DNA of 64,000 bases. It comes from Mobula hypostoma (lineage: Eukaryota). The DNA lies in assembly GCF_963921235.1 (NCBI RefSeq), contig NC_086118.1:14448001-14512000 (forward strand), read 5' to 3'. The position numbers and the translations under genes were made by a program. How positions within the stretch are numbered: the first letter of the stretch is position 1; each line of letters begins with the position of its first letter. Shown here one piece after another: positions 1-10,915 of this stretch. A model generated the notes under the pieces. The model saw nothing but the letters and a program-made list of their open reading frames with translations. It was not told the DNA's origin and made no database searches.

Positions 1-240
1 GGGTTGTACAGAAGCCCAGGTTTTGGAGCTTGTTGATTATTACTAAGGGTATAATGGTGTTGAAAGCTGAAATGTAATCAATAAACAGCACCCTTGTGTA
101 GGTATTACTGTTGTCCAGGTGATCCAAGGCTGTAGATCTATTGTGACGTTAGGCAAATTGCAGCTGGTCCAGGTCCTTATTCAGGCAAGAGTTGATTCTG
201 GCCATGACCAACTTATCAATGCACTTCATCACTTTGATAC
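1..240 (-). mobile_element. Rex1/Babar-like LINE reverse transcriptase fragment (degraded)
   Basis: Minus-strand translation gives [14 protein letters not shown] and VMKCI..LVM, matching the RT motifs of the Rex1-like copies at 9463-9976 and 61151-61777. Confidence 0.7.
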
Positions 241-2347
241 AGTTGTGGGTGGGTGTGGGTGTGATTGACCTAACAGAGGAAAATCGCAGTGCTCGGGTCT
301 CTGGCACTGTCTGGCTCTGTGGCTCAGAAGGGAAAGGGGAAGAACAGGGACACTGTGGTGATAAGAGATTTGTTAGTTAGGGGAATGGATAGGTGGCTCT
401 GTGGGGAGAATGAGATTCCTGGATGATATGTTGCCTCCCGGGTGCCAGCGTCTGGGATATCTCAGACTAAATTCTCAGCATTTTTAAGTGAGAGGGTGAA
501 CAGCCAGAAGTCATAGTCCATGTAGGTATCAATGACATGGGTAGGATGAGTGATGAGATTCTGCATAGGGAGTTCAGGGAGTTAGATGCTAATCTAAAGA
601 GCAGGACCTCCGGGATTTGATCACAGGACTGCTACCTGAACTAGGAAGATTATACAGTTTAATACTTGGCTAAGAGTTGGTGTAGGGGGGAAGGCATAAG
701 AGTTTTTGATCATTTGGATCTCTTCCAGGGAAGGTCTGTACTGTACAGAGGGATGGTTTGCACCTGCACTGGAGGGGGACTAACGTCATTGTGGGAAGGT
801 TTGTTAATGCTGCCCGGTGGGGTTTAAACTAGAGATGCAATGGGATGGGAACCGGAGTGCCAGAACAGTTACTGGAGAGGGCGTGCAGGTAGACGTTGGT
901 AAGACCTCAGACAAAGTTAGGAATCAAAAGGTTTAGCATGCTGACCTGAGCTGCGAATGCTGTATTTCAGTGGAAGAAGCATCATACCAAAGTCAGATGG
1001 TAGAGAGGGTGGTGCTGAAGATGAGGTAGCTGGTTTACAAGCAGAGGCTATGTGTAGTGAGAAGAGGCTGTTGATGGGGCAAAATTGCAGTCAACAGGAC
1101 GGGTTGCAATGTAAAAGGAAGACAAAATTGAAAAGGGTGAATACAGGACTGAAGGTGTTATATTTGAATGCATGCAGTTTCCAGAATAAGGTAGATGAAC
1201 TTGTAGCACAATTGCAGACGGGCATGTATGATGTTGGCGGCATCACTGAATCATGGCTGATAAAAGATTATAGCTGGGAGCTTAATATCCAGGGATACAC
1301 ATTGCATCGAAAGGACAGCAGGAAGGTAGAGGAGGTGGTGATGCTCTGTTGGTAAAAAATGAAATCAAATCATTAGAAAGAGGTGACATAGAGTTGGAAG
1401 GTGTGAAATCTTTGTTTAGAGCTAAGGAACTGTGAGGGTAAAAATGACCCTAATGGGAGTTGTATACAGATCCCCAAACAGTAGTAAGGATGTGGTCCAC
1501 AAATTACAATGGGAGATAGAAAATACATGCCGAAAACACAATGTTTTAATAGTCATGGGAGATTTCAATATGCATGTAGATTGGCAAATCAGGTTTGTGT
1601 TGGATTCCAGGAGGGGGAATTTCTAGAGAGCCTATGAGATGGCCTTTTAGGGACTTTCATGGTTGAGCCCACTAGATGAGCTATTCTGAATTGGATGTTA
1701 TGCAATGAACCAAAATTGGTTAGAGAACATAAAGTAAAAGGGCCCTTAGGGGCAAGTAATCATACTATGATTGAATTCACCCTGAAGTTTGAGAAGGAAT
1801 AGCTAAAGTCAGATGCATCTGTATTACAATGGAGAAAAGGGAATTACAGAGGCATGAGAGAGGAGATGGACAGAATGATAGGTAAAAAACACTGGCAGGG
1901 ATGACGGCACAGCAGTAAATGCTGGGATTTCTGGAAGTAATTCAGAAGACACAGGATATATACATCCCAAAAAGGAAGAAGTATTCTAAAGGCAGGATGA
2001 CATAACTGTGGCTAACAAGAGAAATCATAGCCAAAGTCAAAGAGAGAGTATATAATACTGAAAAAAATTAATGGGAAGTTAGAGGATTGGAAAAACTTTT
2101 TTAAAAAAACTAATAGAACGGAACTAAAAAGTTATTATGAAGGTAAAGATGGAATACAAAAGTAAGCTAGCCAGTAATATTCAAGAGGATACCAAAAGTT
2201 TCTTCAAAAGAATCTGATTCTGATTTTGAGATGCATACAGTGTAAAAGAAGGCAAGAGAGGATATGAGGCCACTGGAAAGCAATGCTGGAGAGGTAGTAA
2301 TAGGGAACAACGAAATGGCGGACAAACTGAATAGGTATTTTGCATCA

Positions 2348-3528
2348 CACATCAAAGTTGCTGGTGAACGCAGCAGGCCAGGCAGCATCTCTAGGAAGAG
2401 GTACAGTTGACGTTTCACGCCGAGACCCTTCATCAGGACTAACTGAAGGAAGAGTTAGTAAGAGATTTGAAAGTGGGAGGGGGAGGGGGAGATCCAAAAT
2501 GATAGGAGAAGACAGGAGGAGGAGGGATGGAGCCAAGAGCTGGACAGGTGATTGGCAAAGGGGATATGAGAGGATCTTGGGACAGGATGTCTGGGGAGAA
2601 AGACAAGGGGGGGGAAACCCAGGGGATGGGCAAGGGGTATAGTCAGGGGGACAGAGGGAGAAAAAGGAGAGTGAGAGAAAGAATGTGTGTATAAAAATAA
2701 ATAACGGATGGGGTATGAGGGGGAGGTGGGGCATTAGCAGAAATTAGAGAAGTCGATGTTCATGCCATCAGGTTGGAGGCCACCCAGACGGAATATAAGG
2801 TGTTGTTCCTCCAACCTGAGTGTGGCTTCATCTTTACAGTAGAGGAGGCCGTGGATAGACATGTCAGAATGGGAATGGGATGTGGAATTAAAACGTGCGG
2901 CCACTGGGAGATCCTGCTTTCTCTGACGGACAGAGCGTAGGTGTTCAGCAAAGCAGTCTCCCAGTCTGTGTCGGGTCTCGCCAATATATAGAAGGCCACG
3001 TCGGGAGCACCAGACGCAGTATATCACCCCAGCTGACTCACAGGTGAAGTCTGGGTAGCCTCCAACCTGATGGCATGAACATTGACTTCTCTAACTTCTG
3101 CTAATGCCCCACCTCCCCCTCGTACCTCATCCGTTGTTTATTTTCATACACACATTCTTTCTCTCACTCTCCTTTTTCTCCCTCTGTCCCTCTGACTATA
3201 CCCCTTGCCCATCCTCTGGGATCCCCCCCTTGTCTTTCTCCCCAGACCTCCTGTCCCATGATTCTCTCATATCCCCTTTGCCAATCACCTGTCCAGCTCT
3301 TGGCTCCATCCCTCCCTCTCCTGTCTTCTCCTATCATTTTGGATCTCCCCCTTCCCCTCCCACTTTCAAATCTTTTACTAACTCTTCCTTCAGTTAGTCC
3401 TGACGAAGGGTCTCGGCCTGAAACGTCGACTGTACCTCTTCCTAGAGATGCTGCCTGGCCTGCTGCATTCACCAGCAACTTTGATGTTCGTTGCTTGAAT
3501 TTCGGGCATCTGAAGAATTCCTGTTGTT
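2348..3528. mobile_element. Penelope-like element, inverted pair (left arm minus with GIY-YIG, right arm plus), inserted in the CR1
   Basis: ORF 2734-3027(-) reads IYCVWCSRRGLLYIGETRHRLGDCFAEH...GMNIDF (GIY-YIG). The arms are reverse complements. Flanked by taggtattttgcatca (2332-2347) and taggttttttgcatca (3529-3544). Confidence 0.9.
3396..3431 (+). ncRNA. Minimal type I hammerhead ribozyme motif (Penelope-associated), intact core
   Basis: AGTC-CTGACGA-AGG[GTCTCGG]CCT-GAAA-CG-TC-GACT: CUGANGA and GAAA core, stem II AGG/CCT, stem I AGTC/GACT, palindromic ACGT in place of stem III. Predicted cleavage after C3427. Confidence 0.75.
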
Positions 3529-4941
3529 TAGGTTTTTTGCATCAGTCTTTACTGTGAGAGACACAAGCAGTATAGTGGAAATTTCAGGTGTCAAGGGTCA
3601 TGAACAGTGTGAAATTACCATTACCAAGGAGAAGGTTCTTGGGAAACTGAAGGGCTGAATGTAGATAAGTCACATGGATCACATGGTTTCACCCAAGGGT
3701 TCTGAAAGAGTTGGCTGAAGAAACAATGGAGGCATTAGTAATGATCTTTCAAGAATCACTAGATTCTGGAATGGTTCTGGAAGGGCTGGAAAATTGCAAA
3801 TTTCACTCCACTCTTCAAAATCCAAGTACACTACATCAGCCAATTCTCCTTTGTCATCCTGCTTGTTATTTCTTCAAAGAATTACAACAGATTTGTCAGG
3901 CAAGATTTTCCTTGAAGAAACCATGCAGACTACAGCTTCAAGAAGAGAGAGATGTAGAAGAAAGGTAATTGTAAGCTAGTTTATCTGATCTTAGTGGTTG
4001 GGAAGATGTTGGAATTGATTATTAAAGATGAGGTCTCAGGGTACCTGGAGGCACATGATAAAATAAGCCACAGTTAGCATGGTTTCTTCAAGGAAAATCT
4101 TGCCTGACAAATCTGTTGTAATCCTTTGAAGAAATAACAAGCTGGATGAGAAAAGAGAATTAGCTGATGTTGTGTACTTGGATTTTGAGAAGTCCTTTGA
4201 CAAGGAGCCATATATAAGGTTGCTTATCATGCTATGAGCCCATAGTATTTTATAGGGAAGATTCTAGCACGGATAAAGCAGTGGGTAATTGGCAGGAGGC
4301 ACAGAGTGGGAATAAAGGGAGCCTTTTCACAAGACTCCTAAAAAGTACACTCTTTTCCACGCTTCACCACGTATCCTAAACCCCCCTGAAACAGCTTCAT
4401 ATCTTTGTCTCCTTGTGAAACTCTTAGGGTCATAACTGCTCAGAACTGAGGAATGATTTTTGAGATGGCATTGAGAATCTGAAATCCATTTGTTGGCAGC
4501 AAGCTGAGGCCCAAAGGGCAGAAGGAGCCCAGCATCTCTCAAACTAACCACAAAACCACTTCAGCAGGCACCTCCTGTCTCATGTTTGGCAAAGTCTGTG
4601 AGTTCTGCATTGGCTCCCTACTTCAAAACCCATAGAAATGGAACAGAGGCATCTTCAACCCTAAGACTTCTTACTAGATGAGGGTCAGGTAATGTTGAGG
4701 AAGCAAAGAGTCAGTAGAAGACTTGGACAGATTATAAAAATTGGTAAAGATGTGGTAAATGGAATATGGAGTAGGGAAATTTATGGTCATGCACTTTGGT
4801 AGAGCCCTCCACTAGAACTCCCTAGTCCATTTGCATTTCCAATTTTTGAATTTACTTTGTATTTTCAAAATGGCAAGTAAATTCAAAAATTGGATATACA
4901 AAGGGACTTGGGAGTCCTATTGTAGTGTTCCCTAAAGTTTA

Positions 4942-5520
4942 AGTTTAGAAATGTCATGTAAAATTTCTATAGATGCACAGAGGAGAGTATCCTGATTGGT
5001 TGTATCATAGCCTGTTTTGGAAATACCAATATCTGGATTTGAAGCCCTACAAAAAGTCGTGGATACAGCCTAGTCCATCACAGGAAAAGTGCTCTCCACC
5101 ATTGAGCACATCTACAAAGAGCGCCAACATAAAAAAGCAAAATCCATTATCAAGGACCTCCGATCAAGATCATGCTCTCTTTTCACTACTGCCTTCAGGA
5201 AGGAGGTACGGGAGCCTTAGATCCTATGCCACTAGGTTCAAGACCATCACGATCCTGAAGACAACTTCACTCACCTTAACACTGAACTGATCACTAAACA
5301 CAACTTATGGACTCGCTTTCAAAGACCCTAGAACTCATGTCCTCATTATTATTTATTTATTTATTCTTTCATTGTATTTGCACAGTTTGTCTTCTTTCGG
5401 TAGCTTGTCAGTACTTGTGTGCAATTTTTCATTGATTCTATTGTATTTATTTGTTCCACTTTGAATGTCCACAAAAAGATGAATGGTGGCATACATGTCT
5501 TTGATACTAAATTTTTGAAC
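4942..5520 (+). mobile_element. Rex1-like LINE 3' fragment nested in the CR1
   Basis: HALFSLLPSGRRYGSLRS..TRFK motif. Same 3' UTR and tail (...tttgatactaaatttttgaac) as copies at 31435-31980 and 41020-41430. The CR1 sequence resumes at 5521. Confidence 0.75.
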
Positions 5521-5664
5521 TTGCAAGTTGAGTCAATAAAAGAGGGAGCAAATGTGTTGTTAGCACTCATTACCAGAGAATTAGAATCTAAAAAAAAAGA
5601 TATAATGCTGGGGCATTATAAGGCATCAGTCAGATCTCATTTGGAGTATTGTGAACCCTTTTGG

Positions 5665-6558
5665 CCTCCTTTACTCCCTGTATACCCATGACTATGTCGC
5701 CACCCACAACTCTAATCTGCTAATTAAATTTGCCGACGACATGACGTTGATTGTCCTTATCTCTAACAATAACAAGATGGCCTACAGGGAAGAAGTCATC
5801 TCTCTGACACAGTGGTATCAAGAAAAGAACCTCTCTCTCAATATCGCAAAATCAAAGGAGCATGTTGTGGATTACAGGAGGAATGGAGACAGGCTAACCC
5901 CTACTGTCATCAATGGATCTGGGTTTAAGGTGGTAAACAGCTTTAAGTTCCTCGGCATCCACATCACCGAGGACCTCACATGGTTTGTACATACCAGCTG
6001 TGTGGTGAAAAAGGCACAACAGCGCCTTTTTCACCTCAGACGGTTGAGGAAGTTTGGTATGGGACCCCAAATCCTAAGAACTTTCTACAGGGACACAATT
6101 GAGAGCATCCTGACTGGCTGCATCACTGCCTGATATGGGAACTGTACCTCCCTTAATTGCAGGACTCTGCAGAGAGTGGGCGGATAGCCCAGCGCGTCAG
6201 TTGTTGTGAACTTCCCATGATTCAGGATATTTACAAGGACAGGTGTGTAAAAAGGGCCTGTAGGATCACTGGGAAACTGAATCACACCAACCACTATCTA
6301 TTCTAGCTGCCTCCACCTGGGAAACAGTACCACAGCATAAAAGCCAGGACCAACAGGCTCCGGGACAGCTTCTTCCACCAGGCCATCAGACTAATTAATT
6401 TGTACTGACTTAAGTGTACTCTATATTACATTGACTATTCCATTTATTATAAATTATTATAAATTACTATGATTGCACATTGCACCTTTAGATGGAGACG
6501 TAGCATAAAGATTTTTATTCCTCATGTATGTGAAAGATGTAAGATACAAAGTCATTTC
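5665..6558 (+). mobile_element. Rex1/Babar-like LINE, 5'-truncated, nested in the CR1
   Basis: ORF 5651-6133 reads LLYSLYTHDYVA...IKFADD...FKFLGIHITEDLTW...KKAQQRLFHLRRLRKFG. The CR1 sequence resumes at ~6560. Confidence 0.85.
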
Positions 6559-8529
6559 AAAAGATGTGCTGTCATTGGAGATGGTCCAAAGGAGATTCGT
6601 GAGAATGATCTTGGGCATGAAAGTGTTAGTGTACAATGATTGTTTGGTGGCTCTGGGCTGTACTTCTGGAATTTGGAAGATCGAGGAGGAATCTCATTGT
6701 AACCTATAGAATATTGAAAGGCCTGGATAGAGTGGATGTGGAGAGGATTTTGCCTATAGCGGGGGGTCCTAGAACCGAAGGGTACAGCCTCAGAAGGCAA
6801 GGATGACAAATTAAAACCGAGTTTAGAAGGAAATTCTTTAGCCAAAGGGTGGTGAATCTGTGCAATTCATTGCCACAGATGGCAGTGGAGTCCAAGCTAT
6901 TGGGTATATTTAAGCCAGATATTGATAGATTCTCGATGAGTAAGGGCGTCAAAGCTTGTGGGATGAAAGCAGGGGAATGGGGTTGAGAAGGAAAATAAAT
7001 CAGCCATGATGGGCTGAATGTCTTAATTCTGCTCCTATGTCTTAGTGTCTTATTCTAGACTATTGACTGCAATACAAATGAAGGTAAATAACGAGTGATG
7101 GATTTCTAATACCATCCAATACAAATCTTTACTCCCATTTGTTGGATTCTATGTTTTTGTTCTAAGGTTCTTTCAGAAGTCAAGAAAGAGGCGTAAAATC
7201 TTGTTGCTTCACGATCATTTTATGAAGTGCTAAGAGAACAAAGGAATTGGAAACTTAGAGTAGCAAAAGTCTAGTAGCCAAGAAAAAAAACAGTAAAAGA
7301 CTAAAAGATAGTGAGGCAATGTGCACAGTTCTTCTTGTACCAATGATAAGAGACAATCCATTCAAATTTGTAGATCAGCAATTAGATAACCCCTTTTCAA
7401 ATAATGCAATACTAAAGAAACTTCCCAAATGATACAAATAACTATAACCACTATGGGACACAGTGAACAGTATGCATGTGCATACTGTGACCACTAGGAA
7501 ACATACTAAAAAGTTACATCTATATAGGTAATAATATAAAATGCAAGCAAGCATAAATTATTAAACTGCAAAGAAAATAACAGTTACACAGTCTAATCCA
7601 ACATATCCTACTTAATTCTTCTTGGGGTTAAATAGAAGGTGTACATTGTGTCTCTTCTTACTGTATGAAATTAATACTGGGTGTAGTTGGAAACCAGGAG
7701 TCAGGTGTTGAAACTAACACAGCTGCAGGTATGTCCTCTTCTTTGGTACATGCTGCTACTGAGGCATCTTCATGGCAATCAGCAAGTAAAAAATTTCAAT
7801 TGTTAATAATTGTATTTAATTATCTATGAGGAATACTATGATAAGTGAAATTCCTTCACAGTCAAGAAGTGGTTGTGTGCTCAACCTCGGTGACTAATTA
7901 AATGTCAGATGCAGAGTGCCATACTATACATGTCAAAACACTCTCATTCCTTGCAATATTTCCATGATATTTGATCATTCTTAAGGTGTGGTCCATTGTT
8001 TTAACACCTCTATCTGATTTGTGCAGTGGAAATTCCATTAATTAAAGCAATTCTGATCATGCGAGGGCTTAGAAGTGTTTCAGACTTCACATATTTCTGA
8101 GGTACAGAGCTGTACCTGGGTTACGGCAGCATTTTCAGAATCAGGTTTGTTATTATTGTTGACATACTTCGTGAAATTTGTTGTTTAGTGATACTGTAGC
8201 ATAAGATGGAAATGAACAACAACAGTATGTGCAAGAGGATTATAGAAACAGCTGTGATTGGAAAACAAGCATGCATGGGAAGAACGGCCACCAGCCAGAT
8301 TCACTGACCTGATGAGTGAAGGAGTCTGCTGAGCCCTCCAGCTATGCTCGGCTTGACGCAATCCCCAACTGTTACAGCCTATTCTTATATAGGGGTGTCC
8401 ATATGTCAGATTTTCACAAGTGAAAGAAGATCTGTCTTCTAGGCCTTTCACTTCTGCAAAAATTAACCAATACAAAGAACTACCATCATAGATTGAAATG
8501 AGGCTTCATTAAAAAAATAGACTGAAAGA

Positions 8530-10915
8530 GCATAAGATGTAGGAGCAGAAATAGGCCATTTTGCCATTAAATCTGCTCCACCATTCAAGTCAAGTCAAGT
8601 CAAGTCACTTCTTATTGTCATTTCGACCATAACTGCTGGTACAGTACACAGTAAAAATGAGACAACGTTTTTCAGGACCATGGTGCTACATGAAACAATA
8701 CAAAAACTGCACTGAACTACTTAAAACAACACAGAAACTACACTAGACTACAGACCTACCCAGGACTGAATAAAGTGCACAAAACAGTGCAGGTATTACA
8801 ATAAATAATAAACAAGACAATAGGCACAGTAGAGGGCAGTAGGTTGGTCTCAGTCCAGGCTCTGGGTATTGAGGAGTCTGATAGCTTGGAGGAAGAAACT
8901 GTTACATAGTCTGGTCGTGAGAGCCCAAATGCTTAGGTGCCTTTTGCCAGATGGCAGGAGGGAGAAGAGTTTGTATGAGGGGTACGGGGGGTCCTTCATA
9001 ATGCTGTTTGCTTTGCGGATGCAGAGTATTGTGTAAATGTCTGTGATGGCAGGAAGAGAGACCCCGATGATCTTTTCAACTGACCTCACTATCCACTGCA
9101 GGGTCTTGCAATCCGAGATGGTGCAATTTCCAAACCAGACAGTGATGCAGCTGCTCAGAATGTTCTCAATACAACCTCTGTAGAATATGGTGAGGATGAG
9201 GAGTGGGAGATGGGAGATACCTTCGCAGAAAGTAGAGATGCTGCTGGGCTTTCTTTGCTATGGAGCTGGTGTTGAGGGACCAGGTGAGATTCTCTGACAG
9301 GTGAACACCAAGAAATTTAATGCTCTTAACGATCTCTACGGAGGAGTCGTCGATGTTCAGCGGAGAGTGGTCGCTCCGTGTCTTCCTGAAGTCAACAACC
9401 ATCTCTTTTGTTTTGTTCACATTCAGAGACAGGTTGTTGGCTCTGCACCAGTCCGTTAGCCGCTACACCTCCTCTCTGTATGCTGACTCATCGTTCTTGC
9501 TGATGAGACCCACCACGGTCGTGGCATCGGTGAACTTGATGACGTGGTTCGGGCTGTGTGTTGCAGCATAGTCATGGGTCAGCAGAGTGAACAGCAGTGG
9601 ACTGAACACACAGCCCTGGGGGACCCTCGTGCTCAGTGTGATGGTGTTGGAGATGCTGCTTCCGATCTGGACTGACTGAGGTCTCCCAGTCAGGAAACCT
9701 AGGATCCAGTTGCAGAAGGAGGTATTCAGGCCCATTAGGCTCAGCTTTCCAATCAGTTTCTGAGGAATGATTGTGTTGAATGCTGAACTGAAGTCTATGA
9801 ACAGCATTCGAACGTATGCGTCTTTTTTTGTCCAGATGGGTTAGGGTCAGGTGGACGGTGATGGCAATGGTGTCATCTGTTGAATGGTTGGGACGGTACG
9901 TGAACTGCAGGGGGTCCAGTGAGGGGGGCAGCAGGGTCTTGATGTGTCTCATGACAAGCCTCTCGAAATACTTCATGATGATTCAAGATGGATGGTAGTC
10001 TTTGAGGCATGACACTGAAGACTTCTTCAGCACGGGGACGATGGTGGCGGACTTGAAGCATATAGGAATGATGGCGCTGCTCAGGGAGCAGTATGACTGA
10101 ACAATTTCCCTCTTATCTCCAAGTTCCTGCCTTCTCCCCATCTCGCTTCATGCCCTCACTACTCAACAATTTATCAAACTCTGCCTTAGATATACCAAAT
10201 GTGTTGGCCTCCACAGTTTCCTGTGGCAATGAATTCCACCACTTCACCACTCTCCAGCTAAAGAAATTCCTCCTCATCTCCATTCTAAATGGACATCTCT
10301 CTATTCTGAAGCTGTGCCCTCTGGTGTAAGACTCATCCACCATAGGAAACATCCCTCTACATTCACTCTATCAAGATCTTTCAACATTCAATGGGTTTCA
10401 GTGAGATCCCCTCCCCCCATTATTCTGAATGCCAGTGAGTATAGGCCCAGAACCATCATCTGTCCTCATATGGTAAGCCTTTTAATCCTAGAGTAATTTT
10501 TGTGAAACTCCTTTGCATTATCTCCAGTGGCAGCACATCCTTTCTTAGATAAGGAGCCTCAAACTGCTCACAATAAGTGAGCCCTCACCAGTGCTTTATA
10601 AAGCCTCAACATGATATCTTTGCTTTTATACTCTTGTTCACTTGAAATAAACACCACAAGTCACCAGCATCCAAATAAATAAGGATCCCTTTATTCCCAC
10701 TCTTTGTCTTCTGCCAGTCAGCTAATTCTCTACCTATGCTAGTATTTCTCCTGTGATACCATGCGTTCTTATCTTGTTAAGCAGCCTCATGTGTGGCACC
10801 TTGTCAAAGGCCTTCTGAAAATCCAAGATCATAACATCCATTAATTCTCCTTTTCCTATACTGCTTACTATTTCTTCGAAGAATTGCGACAGATTTGTCA
10901 GGCTAGATTTTCCAT
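8530..10915 (-). mobile_element. CR1 LINE 3' portion (internally deleted), split by a Rex1 insertion
   Basis: CR1 3' end (cataagatgtaggagcagaa) at ~8531. ORF 10113-10352(-) reads RGHSFRI..FRMEMRRNFFSWRVVKWWNSLP. The DFQKAFDKVPHMRLL coding region lies at ~10775-10825. Confidence 0.8.
8586..10090 (-). mobile_element. Rex1/Babar-like LINE, 5'-truncated, with (CTTGA)n 3' tail
   Basis: ORFs [45 protein letters not shown] and KFLGVHLSENLTW. Tandem caagt tail at 8586-8607. Confidence 0.88.

Larger units (their letters stand above)
240..7052 (+). mobile_element. Near full-length, decayed CR1 LINE (SGNH-esterase ORF1 plus APE-RT ORF2) interrupted by several nested insertions
   Basis: ORF1 remnants MICCLPGA and VHVGINDMG (~420-545). 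Endonuclease motifs LYLNACSFQNKVDEL, ITESWL and VMGDFN (957-1626). RT pieces at 3545-4325, 4681-4940, 5521-5665 and 6560-6960. CR1-type 3' end ...aattctgctcctatgtctta at ~7025-7052. Many stops and frameshifts. Confidence 0.88.

Noticed and set aside
2340..2734. Recurrent ~100-130 aa ORFs (LLVNAAGQAASLGRG / PDEGSRPETST) seen at several loci
   Set aside because: They are translations of the non-coding Penelope 3' end. PDEGSRPETS is simply the hammerhead motif read as codons.
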